64,000 nucleotides of DNA, taken from assembly GCA_964304625.1 (NCBI GenBank), contig OZ199838.1, positions 15,055,650-15,119,649 on the forward strand, given 5' to 3'. A program made the position numbers and the translations under genes. Below, piece by piece: positions 52,750 through 64,000 of the stretch; the stretch's first letter is position 1, and each line of letters starts with the position of its first letter. Origin of the DNA: Kudoa neothunni. Its lineage: Eukaryota > Animalia > Cnidaria. The notes beneath the pieces are model-generated. The model saw only the letters and a list, made by a program, of their open reading frames with translations, made no database searches and had not been told where the DNA came from.

Positions 52750-52794
52750 ATCTAATGGGTTCATCCCGCGTAGGTTCAAATCCTGCTCACTGCG
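52750..52794 (+). pseudogene. Duplicated 3' half of tRNA-Ser(AGA) (nt 38 to discriminator)
   Basis: 45 bp identical to 47655-47699. The 5' half and anticodon are absent. Confidence 0.95.
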
Positions 52795-53025
52795 TGTAGT
52801 TTTTGATTTTTGACCTACCTAAGCTGAATAACTTTTTGTGCTGATTCTAACGATGTCACTTTCGTCTTCCTGTGACATCGATAAGTTAGAGTTTTACGCG
52901 TCGAGCCTAGGCGACGTTGTGTATCACTACTACATCTTGTATTTACATTTCAAGGAAAAATGAGGAAGTCGGCTATAGTTCCTAAAACTGGAGCTAACTT
53001 CGTGAGGAAGTTTGTTGAATTTCAG
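52750..53025 (+). mobile_element. 5' relic of a diverged relative of the same retrotransposon, in tandem
   Basis: Same leader and ATG (52853). Translates MSLSSSCDIDKLEFYASSLGDVVYHYYILYLHFK/(frameshift)KMRKSAIVPKTGANFVRKFV versus MSLSSSCDIDKLEFYSSSLGDVVFHYYSLYLQAKGKVRKLPLVIKTVANFVRKFV. Homology ends at about 53025. Confidence 0.88.
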
Positions 53026-55066
53026 AAGTTATTAACTGCAAATGATTATTGCTCAGAGCACTTTTTCTTCCTTCATGAAATTCTAGGCCAATCGAGCTGA
53101 TCTGGAAAAGACTAGTGTTTCTTGGCACAGCTTACACAAAATTCTCAAAACTATCTCCCATCACACCATTCTTGAATAAGTTAAAAATCCGATTCATCAT
53201 GCTAAAACAAGCTTTTTCAGACAAAAATAGAATAACAAAAACTTCATACAAGAGTTTAGTAGAAATAATTTCGATATCCACTCAAAAGAAACGAACATTA
53301 GTCAGGGTTTCACATATCTTCTCAAATATTTAATAAATTGATTTTTTTTCAAATCTAATTATCTAAGAAATTGGGACCAGCCATTATAAATAGTGTTTAT
53401 TACAAAACAGCATTATCTAACGGAACCGGACAGAAAAATTTTATATGGGAGAACATAACGCAATTTCTATTTATAGTTTAATCCACGTGACATAGATGAT
53501 TCAACACGTTTTACAAATATCAATTTAAAATTTAAACCAACAAATACAAAAAATATAAACAAAATAAATGAATAAAAAATATACAAATTAACTAGTATTA
53601 AAAAGAATGGAAATATACAAAACAAAAATAACACATAAGATAACGAATTAAGTAAAGACTGGCGTGAAAATACGTTCAAACCCTTATCTTTTCCCCCTAC
53701 GATGTAGAAATCAATAGCAACATCTGAATCGGTTAAAACTATTATGTTAGATTTTGCTTGCATCATACTCACGTATCACTGCGTCAACGGTATTGTGGAA
53801 GTTGTTATAGATTACGCTGGAGTGACAGATTCACGGAACATCATAAAACTAGACTAAAATAAATTCAAAGATATTTGTAAAATAACGCAACAATCCGCAC
53901 AGGAGATGCTACGTTTAAACATACACAAACCAACTATAAACAATGGAATCAACCATTAAAGCCGAACTCAATATAAAAAGAATTGCGGCAAGAAAAAATA
54001 TCCGCATGAAAATTCATGAATGAAGAAAATTATCAATGATTTATATGCTTATAAACAGACGGTCTACGTAAAATTTCGTTTTGTTGAAACAAGTCCCTAA
54101 TAGTTGACTCCTATATTTACAAATGAATTTATTCGTAAGCACTACTTTCTCCATATTTTTGTTCATAAAGCAATGTACAAGATAAAAAAAGATTCTAACA
54201 CTTAATTTCTCAACTGTAGGATGTTGTAAGGCGGCTATCACAGGAAATGAACAGTCTTTATTTCGATAGAATTCTTTTCTACAAGTAAAGGAACCTTAAT
54301 AAAGAAGTATTTAAGGGGATTAAAATTATTATAATATACTCTTCTAACAAGAAATTTAAAGGCAATTATTTAAATTAAACACAGCCAACTTAAAATGGTA
54401 TTCCACCTCTCCCAATCGTCGATGCTGGAGTTTTCCAACTGAACATGAAGACAGTGAAGAGAATACATTCCCCAGGGAAATTATAGTTTATTTAAAAAAT
54501 TGAAACATAATAGCAGAAAGTCACACAATATGGATTAAAATGTGTTCTTTGGCGAAACAAAGTATTTTTTAGCCAACGATATATTTGACGGGGTAACGAA
54601 AATCGATTGAAGACAAATTGTAGATTATTATTTCATGAATTGATTTTTTTATTTTTCATCCCACCACAATCACAATATTAAGAAATTTTGGTAAACTGGT
54701 ATTTAACGTGGAACGGGTGACCTTTGGTATTGCCATGACCCGCGCATGCGAACAATAATAAAATAGACGAAGGCTTTCCGGTTCTAGATGCACGTTCGTC
54801 CACTTTGGTTTACTGCAGAAGAATATTTAAAAATTAATCTTTCATTCCGTACATTTTTTGAAAACAATAGATTAAAGTTATTGTTCTACATTCTTCCTGG
54901 TGTATTATTCGATGATCATCGTTTAATTAATTGTTCAAAAACTTTTATTTAAAGTAGGCGAACACTTGTTGGTAATCGCGACGGGGATATTAATTATTAT
55001 CGCGGTAAATAATATATTCGATAATAAAATGAATATTAAAATTCACGATTGATATAAATTGCATTA

Positions 55067-56933
55067 CAGTTGTGACTCAATACTGCGTAATTTAGTTTCA
55101 TAAGCATTATTTGCTTTAATTCACTAAATAAAACATAAAAATCATATTCAGTATTCTTTAATGGATGATTATATGAAAAAACAAAAATTTTGAACAAGCG
55201 GATATAAAGCAAATTAGGAAAAATCTTGTGTCTCGTGATTGCGTAACTCATTTTTTGATTTTGATCCCATTAATCTAATGGATACACTATAAAAAGCATT
55301 GCAAGTTCTCAAATAACTAATGAAGATATAATAAAAATAATTGATTACTATAATTTTTTGAAGTCTATATCAGATGCTAATGATATTACTGTAAAACGTT
55401 TCAATTTACCAATTTATAATAACTTCAATATTTTCGATAATTTAAAATTGGTCTCCTAAATCTTGATAAAAGTTTGTCTAAACAAGACATAATCGTAAAT
55501 TCGCACATTTCAAAATTTTGAAAAATATTTAAACCCCGAAAATATAAAGATATTAAAATAATTTTTACAATTGGATAGTTTCAATGCGAGAAAAAAAACT
55601 GTTATCTAGTTTTTAATGCTCGAATAATGTTGTATCCTTGCCAAAGATACTTGAATAACAGCTTTTAGCGGAAGTGAGGATTAGTTTAATAATTGCAGAA
55701 GGCGTTACGGTCTGAAAAACTCAAATCGCACGGAGAAGAAGAGCGCTGATTTTAAATATATTTATCTATGGATGAGAAATTTTTAAGAGATATTTTTAAG
55801 GTACAATCCCCAATATATATTAAATTTGGATGAGGCGGCCCATTTTTACGAACTGATGATACAGCGTACGTCCACTATTAAAAATTAGCATAATGTAAGG
55901 GCGTAAAACAATTCAGAACCGTGCTACGATATTTATCACTTCTACAATGACCGAAGAAAAATTTTAATTACACATAATATTAAAATTTTATGAAAAATCG
56001 CCATGTTAGGGGAATTAAAGAGCTTTCAGTTTAGTGTCATTCGCAAATGAGTGTGTGATTATCTTCATCTATGTTTTATCAGGTCTTCAAAGATATGAAC
56101 CAGAGATTCTTTAAAGAAAATAGAACGGTTTTGTTTTATTATAACAGTGCTCATATTGTCCTTGATCGATCGGTTATTTCAAAAACATCCAGCTCCTACT
56201 TCAATCAAAAATACTGCTTGTTTGGTGAAACCAATTTATCTGGGAATAATTCACCGCTTAAAAGTCAATCAGAGAAAAATATTATGCATAAATGGGCTTT
56301 TCTGGGAGATGAATCCAAAAATATTTAAATTTAAACGTATTCGATTACTTAAATACGTTTAAATTGGTTCGGGAATGATTACTGTTAAAAAATTAGTAAT
56401 TGAGTTAATATGCCGCCTATTTCCAGACAAAAATAAATTAATTTTTTATTAATTTTTAGTGAAAAATTACTAAGATAAAACTTTAAAGTAATATGATAGT
56501 GAAATAGCATTATAAAGTAATTAACAGAAAAATTTTAATGTTCATATGTGTAGATATAATATGCAATGATGTTATTTTGTCGGAAAAAAATAAAATTATA
56601 GATTTAAATTAAAATTAAAATTAAAATAATCAAGGTGGATTTTCTTTTTTGAGTAAAGATCCTGATCTCATACACAACGATGAAACCCTTACAACGCTTC
56701 AAATATAAAATCTTATAAATCCGCGAAAAAACGTGTCATTGAGAATCCTAATGAATTATTTTCTTTACATCAATTTAAGGATGCCTTATGCGAAATTATC
56801 AATAAATTTATAAAGTGGATGAGTTATCTTGTAAGAAATGTTAAATTAAACGTTATTGTGCGTGCGCAGATGATTCGATATTGCGTAACTTTTCCCCGGT
56901 CTCAAAATATCACGCAATATCGAGACACGACTG
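55067..56933 (+). mobile_element. Decayed pogo/Tigger transposon
   Basis: TA-flanked TIRs CAGTTGTGACTCAATACTGCGTAAT versus CAGTCGTGTCTCGATATTGCGTGAT (20/25). Remnants NLDEAAHFYEL and GIIHRLKVN. Confidence 0.7.
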
Positions 56934-57801
56934 TATTTCAGTTTAAATAGTTAATAATTTTTTTATTTTAATATAATGCATTTTTTCCTCGAATGAACGA
57001 ATTTTAAAATATTGGTTTGTCCTTTTTTTTGCTTGTTAAAATAACATTTTATATTTGATCAACATTTCACCGTTTCTTGTCATGTGGTTGTTATAACTGT
57101 GCCACATTCAACTCTATGGGAAACAATGTACTCAAATGAACTGCTAACTGATTTCCTTATGATATCGGCCTCGGTATTTTCGAAAATGTTGATGATGTCT
57201 TCTTCCTTGATCATTTCCATTATTTTATCCGTTAATAGACTTGAATTATAATTCTGATTGTAAATTATGCATTCGTCACATTCTTACCTATTTTTTCCGG
57301 AATTTGCAGAACGAAAATCTCCCTTTTTAATCAAGTTTTAATTGTATCTTTGCTTGGATTATTATATGCTTCTTTAATCATCAATGTTGTTTCAAGCATG
57401 TCTGGAACTCTAGATGTCCCAACAGGTTAAATAGATGTAAACTATTTAATCAATTTTGTTTATAATGTCATTCAAAAGTATGAATGTTGTCCTGGTCTAA
57501 TGGATGAAGTATATTAGTTGTATTTTTAGGGAAATATATTAATTGAATATTTGAAAGGTTTAAGGAAATATGGCAGGTATTATTGTTGAGAAATATTGCA
57601 ATAGTTTTTTATTGCTAATGAAATATAAATTCAGTTCAACCATATAAGATATAAGATTCGAAAATTTTATTGGACATCCAAGCCTTTTATTATCATTATA
57701 GGGTGATGGTGATTTAACGTTTTTGAATCGTCTTTTCTTGAGTCGTTGAATTATCCAGTAATTAAACTCACTAGGTTTTCACCGGTAAACGATGAGCTTA
57801 A

Positions 57802-58428
57802 CCTTCCGAGCGCTTTGGAAACATATAAGACCCGGAGCATATTGTGATATATTTTTAATGTATTACTTGTAGTACACAATAAATGTTATTACTTCTATTC
57901 TCCCAAGAACAAATGCTTAGTGTAATGCAATAAAAAAGTTATATTTATTTATATTAATAAAAGATATACGTACTTTTTATACGTAATGCTTCTGGGACCA
58001 TGTGTGACCCCAAGTTTTTCCCCATTAAATAATGCGGAAAAATTGTAATCACCATAATCCAAAGTTATATAGAATTCTACCGACACAATAAAGAGAAAAT
58101 GAGGAAAAACCTTTCCCGAATTCATGTGAATGACAACGGAGCGGATTAGTTCGAAAGACGGGCAATTTGGGCGAGGAATATTCAACAGATTTTAAGAGTG
58201 ACTATGGTGAAATTTTCAATTCTTCTCAATATAGTGATTCTGAGTTAGGTTCATCAGATTCTACTTCTAATAAATTGTAGCTATTGAAACTTTACATTAC
58301 CACAAATATAATGCAGTATGGACTGCAGAGAAATCCAAATCGTATAGGGCCATGTTTCCGAACATAAGAAACACGACCCACCAATGATATGTGGAAGAAA
58401 TTTTGTCGGAATGGAAATTTTTTAATAC
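57802..58428 (+). mobile_element. Truncated piggyBac 5' end, same family as 58433-61038 but opposite orientation
   Basis: TTAA|CCTTCCGAGCGC start. 57802-~58340 is a diverged reverse complement of ~60500-61038. Confidence 0.8.
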
Positions 58429-58432
58429 TTAA

Positions 58433-61038
58433 CCTTCCGAGCGCTCCAAAAATTACTGTACACTTTGTGCTTTTGGGGTCATATATGACCCCACAATTTT
58501 CTTGTATATTTTTAATTAGAAAATATTTATAAACTTGTTAATAAAATTTAAAAGAAATCTATCGACGAATTCATACCGAATTTCGAAAAAACGTATAAAG
58601 CGAGGAAATACGATTAGGTCCGATCTGGAATACAAGGTCGGTTTGTTTATTAATATTTCAATTTTTGATCATTTCCATTTTATTTTGTTATTTTTTAACG
58701 CCCATTGGCTAATATATAAATAAACCTATATTTTATATAGGTAGTTGTAATGTCATCTTGGTAAAATTAAGTTTTTAGCAATGCAGTAAATAATGCTTCA
58801 ATTGTTTGGATCCAATGATTGTAAAAGGATCAGCCGTAGAATAAGACATTTAAAAAACGATCAAGTTAAAATTATATGACTAGCAGTACATGAACAAATT
58901 AAAGAAATAACAAATAGCAAAAAACATACGTATATCATATCAGAGAAAAAGTTTATATTAATAACCATGGAAGTCTATTTTTTAAGTTCCGATGAACATT
59001 CATGGCAAACAGTCAATGAATGTTGCTTACAGATATGTTTCATAAACGAAGCACATGAAATTCCAACTTTGATATCAATATGTCTGGGACATTTGAAACA
59101 TCTTTTTCGGGTCTTTATGATAGAGATGTGATGGTTTATTGTAACTGGTCGATTAGGATTTGAAAATTGTTTGCTTGAAATGCTGTAGATAACAATCATA
59201 CTATAAAGATTATTAACCTATATACAATATTATGAGGGGTATTTTTAGGGCACGATGCCCAACGATAGACAATTGTCAAAAGTGTTTCTTTAAGCGTGTT
59301 GGGGAAACATTGCATGAAAGAAATGGTTGAACAAGTATGTCAGCAAGTTTTTCTAAGAATTGGGATCGCTTGATTCTGTTATTATTAAATACAATTTTAT
59401 ACAAACAATAGGCATTAATAAGACTAATATCGAGAATGTTGAAGAACACCACTGTCGGCCAACGTTTCGTATATCTTTTGACGCTAGTTGACGCAATTAT
59501 TCGATCAACCGTATCGACACCTCCTTTAGTTTTATTGTAGAATTTGATAATGTCCGGTTTTTTCTGACGAAGTAACTAATAATGGGACGGCCTTATTTTT
59601 CTTGGTTACATAAGAATCTAACATCTTTCCATTGAAGAGAAAGAGAGAACTATATACCTCCCTGGATTTATTCGCCTTCATCAATTCAGGAATGTCCCGT
59701 TTGTTAGCCCGTATTGTTCCAACTATAGTTAGTCCTTGATTTAGTAATTTCTCAGCAAGGGGTACTGAGGTAAAATAATTGTCAAACACAATGTTTCTTC
59801 CAGTTGATTTCAAGTGAGATACAAGGTCTAACACAACAGTTTCACCCAGACATTTAGCCCTTTGATCGTTAACTTTTCCAAATAGACGGAGATGTTATGG
59901 AAAAAATTCGTTATTATATCCACCAATAAAAAAAATTTGATTCCATAAACAGCCGGTTTTTATGGCATATATAGCTTAAAAAGGCATTTACCCCTAAAAG
60001 CAACTAATTGCTCATCAACGGTCAGGTCAGAATGTGGTATCAAACATTTTGAAAGCACCTCTTTCCAATTCCCAAAAATTTCGCGAATGGGGAAAAGTTT
60101 ATCACGTTCTCTCCTTGCAAGTCTGGTGTTATAGTCGTCAAAATGAAGTGCTTTGGTAATTTCAATAAACCTTCTGATAGGCATTATTTGACGAAATATG
60201 ATATGTCCCTACCCTTATCTAGACTCCACAACGACTTTAACGGTTCCAATTTTGATTTGAATATCGCCATATGTACAAGAATACCTATATAGGCTCTAAA
60301 TTCTATTTTTGATAACTCTTTCCAGCATTCTTTAAATGATGTCCACCAAATTTATTTGTGTACATTACAACGGTTTCATAAAAATTTCATTGATAAATAT
60401 GTGGAGGCAATCCATTAATTCAGATATTCTATGTGTTTTGAACGCGGTAACGCCTGGAGCTTTATCCATGATATTATCCTTGCATATTCTGGATGATTTG
60501 GGCATCTCTGTAGTCCATACTGCATTATTTTTGTCGTAATGCAAAGTCGAATTAACGACACTTTTATCTGAATTAGAATCTGATGAATCGGACCCAGGAT
60601 CACTATATTGGATGGTATCAAAAATTTCGCTACAGTCACTCCCAAAGTTGGTAGAATATTCTTTGTCAAAACCAATCATCATTCTAAACTAACCCGCTTC
60701 GCCTTTACTCTCATGAATTCGGGGATGGTTTTTTCTAGTTTCCTCTTTATTTTAACGATAGAATTCTCTATAACTTTGGATTATGATACTTACAATTTTT
60801 TCGCATTATTTATGAAAAAAAACCTGGGGTCATATAGGACCCCAAAAGCACAAAGTGTATAAAGTACGCATATCTTCTTATTAATTTTGATAATTAAAAA
60901 CTTATTTCTCAAATTATTTTGAGCGTTTGTTTTTTGGAGAATAGACGTAATACCAGACATTTCTGACTATAAAAAAGATATTAATATCATGTTGAAATAT
61001 GCTCTGGGGTCATATATGACCCCAACGCGCTCGGAAGG
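58433..61038 (-). mobile_element. Full-length piggyBac transposon
   Basis: TTAA TSDs (58429-58432 and 61039-61042), TIR CCTTCCGAGCGC, GGGGTCATATATGACCCC palindromes near both ends. Confidence 0.95.
58975..60714 (-). pseudogene. piggyBac (PGBD4-like) transposase, frameshifted
   Basis: Acidic N-terminus, ALHFDD, LTVDEQLVAFRGKC, VFDNYFTS, GTIRANKRDIP, KGGVDTVD and a C-terminal Cys-rich domain (RKRCFKC...CKQH..C..C). Confidence 0.92.
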
Positions 61039-64000
61039 TTAATAAGCAGCTTTAACGGGATGTCGATAATCTTGAGCATTGATGTGACATGGATAATGGT
61101 GAAATAATTGGATGGTGTGGGACACAGTGAAATCGATACCTCGATTTTTGATAAAAATTATTTTTAAATGACAATGAACATCATAAGACAATACCAAACG
61201 TAACCAACAATAATATAAATAATAACATTTAATGTGGTCTCTATCCCAAAAGAATCGAAATGGTTTTAATCTCAACCTTTCCCCATTTATAATCTCAATC
61301 TCACCTGTTGTTGATTTAACCTATTGTAGTATTAATCATTTTCTATCTAGATTATTTATTTTCAATTTATAAGCTCCATATACATCAATGTTTTGCTTGA
61401 TGTGGGTTGGATTATCAATAGATTCATTCCGCGCTATTTTTGACGAAGTGAAGAATTAAAAGTTAATTTTTAAGGTCAATCGATAAATTAAGTTAGATCT
61501 AATCTAAAAATTTTTAATTTTAATGGGAAAAGAAGTATACAATGTAACCTCAAACTTCGACCATAATCCATTCTAGAAGTGTGTTCGACTTGAGGATCAA
61601 TTTTTCCCGTGTAGCACAATGAAAATTAGTTTAATCCGTACCTCTCATCAAATAAATGACTATATTTATTCGTATTTGTTCAAAAACAAGCGTTCCCCGT
61701 GTTTATAAAATATAACAAATAAATATTAAATACAATAATAAAAATTCGGTATACGATGTAACACAAGCTCCGAGTTGGTATTCGAACCTGTATCGTTAGC
61801 ATTAAAAGGATTAAAAGGCGGTGGTACCATACCGCTCTTCTCTTGATCGTCCATATGATTGGTGGATTACAACCTTTATAATCCACATGTTACATAGGAT
61901 AAATATTTGTTGGTAGTCATACGATAGATCGGCGGTTCTTAACCTAGGGTCCGAAAAAGACTCCAAGGGAGTCCATGAGTAATCTAAATAAAACCTGAAT
62001 TCAATTTTATCATTATACATTCATTATAATTAGGTATTTTTAAACGTTAGCGTAATTATTAAACATTTGAAATATACCTTTGCGTTATTGTATCATAAAT
62101 TTTTTATATTTATTACACAATTTCCTTGTGTTATAATTAATTCTGTAAAAAAACTATAAAAAAGTTATTCAGTAGGTTTTTTGATAGAAACTAAAAATTC
62201 CCAAACAAAATTTCTTAATGATGCAGATTATACAATTAGAATGACTATTCCTTTTATAACAGCTTATTGTTGAGAAACTAGATTTCCACGTTGGTTACCA
62301 TAAAAACTAAGTCACGAAATTGCTCATATGTGTGTTGCTTTTTCGAATATTTTGTCAGAATTCTGTGAACTTATTGATAAAAATCAACCACCAAAATCCC
62401 ATTAAATATTTTTTAATATCTATTACTTATAAAAAAAGTAGGACTTTTGCAGTAACCCTTAATCGATACCCATAACAGAGGCCATTAAAGTACGGTCCGC
62501 AGTGTTCCCCTTAAAACTCAAATTTGCATGTGATAAGTCCTAATTTCAGGTACGCCTGTGGAATTAATAGGGCGACCTGGAACCAATGTCAGGTTTGGTT
62601 TATGCTAACAAAAAATTATCATTTTATGCAAAATACACAAATAAATCGATATATCTATATTAAATAAATGAAAAACTATGTTTATAGGAATGTTTTATTT
62701 CTTGTTGTACCCTAACGCCACAGGCCTGATTTATTTGGTACCTCACAAGAAAAAACCCTTATCTTACATCGATCAATTCTATGTTTCACGCTCAAAAAAA
62801 TCCATAATTTTGTTATATTTATATAATTTTCGTTTCATTTTTATAATTGTTTGGTTTCCGCCAAAATTTTTCATCCAGATTCGAAGCTTAGGAAAATCAA
62901 AAATACGTCCCGCTAGTCCAAAACTTTGGTGACCCTTGATACAAAATGATATTTACGCATGCGCAGCCGTCATTGTTATTAACAATTGGTTAATCTCTAA
63001 AACTCTCATTTATAACACATAACCATTTCAATCCTATAATGTATTATATTTAAAAATATAATAAGCGATAACTTTATATGATGAAATAATAATAATAATT
63101 TATTGTTATCAATAAAAATTCCAAATTTATTGTTTATTCTTGTATAAATTTTACAATTATCGTTAAAAATTTGATAAAAAAATGTAATTATCATAATATA
63201 TGGATTTTATTAATTTTCAACTAGATACTATGAATAATAAACATGCAGGGCATGCGCGAGCGTATAAACAATGTCAGGGGCCAGACGCTCCTTTGGATTT
63301 GGAGGATTTCGTTTTGATAGCTATGGTGGGCCAAAGTCAGAATCTAGAATGAGAGCCATTAAACCAGACGATCAAGATACATCTGGGGTATTTAATTGTG
63401 ATTAAGATAGAACTATAATTTTTGGATTTAGCCACCAGTTGCTACTTGCTATCCAACATTGAACCTTTTAGGTGAATCATCTATCGGCGAGAATCTTTCG
63501 CTTCTTCAATCCTATGCCATTAAATATAATCCCACGATAGTTATTGGTATGAGATAAACACAAATAGTTATATAAATATGAAATTAATTGATATTCGAAT
63601 TAGACAAACGTATTTTGCCGTTTGAGCTTAAGAAATATAGCAATTTTAAGGGTGAATAATTTTTATAAAATTTGTTGTACTGATTCTATTGATCGGTTAG
63701 TCTCCAAATTCAAACCTAATATTTATTCGGCTAAGGACCGTCGTCCCCCTAAATTCTCATCGAAGAAATCTCTTTTAGCTGATGAAGATAATAAATTGGT
63801 ATGCCGTGTTTAATCTCCTCGGCCATTTTATACATAAAACACTCATTAAATCACAGGATCTTAACGAGGTTGATGTGGGCGAAGGGAATGACCCAATAAA
63901 ACCGAACAATGCTGATGAAGAAAATGCTAATAATAGTACTGAATCATCAGAAGTTGAAGAAGAGGATTTTTATGAAAATAACGAAGCCGAAGAAGAAGTT

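Noticed and set aside
53700-54620. Possible gene or pseudogene fragments downstream of the retroelement relic
   Set aside because: Short stop-riddled frames with no identifiable domain and no continued similarity to the retroelement ORF.
61900-64000. hAT-like termini (61926, ~62935, ~63275) and an acidic reading frame at the window end
   Set aside because: Termini unpaired and the frame is truncated by the window edge, so it cannot be assigned.

Overview
This is very AT-rich eukaryotic nuclear DNA with short (~40-70 nt) GT-AG introns. Integrin-alpha-like genes imply an animal or holozoan; the compact introns and the transposon set would fit a myxozoan-like parasite, but that is inference only. 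Host genes recognised: two divergent multi-exon integrin-alpha-like paralogues (14.0-18.3 kb and 33.7-38.0 kb), a signal-peptide-bearing DNA/RNA non-specific endonuclease (44.2-45.1 kb, minus), a 74-aa Cys/Pro/Gln/Lys repeat protein (47.2 kb) and a tRNA-Ser(AGA). The rest is largely nested, mostly decayed transposons (piggyBac, Merlin, Tc1/IS630-like, Helitron, MULE, hAT, pogo), many with recoverable TIRs and TSDs; one hAT still has an intact transposase ORF. The most interesting element is an intact 5.1-kb R2/NeSL-type (RT plus restriction-like endonuclease) non-LTR retrotransposon whose 3' junction lies in the anticodon loop (nt 37/38) of tRNA-Ser(AGA). The tRNA 3' half and Pol III terminator are present on both sides of the insertion, so the tRNA gene stays intact and re-targetable. 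The 5' relic of a diverged relative sits directly behind it at the same site.
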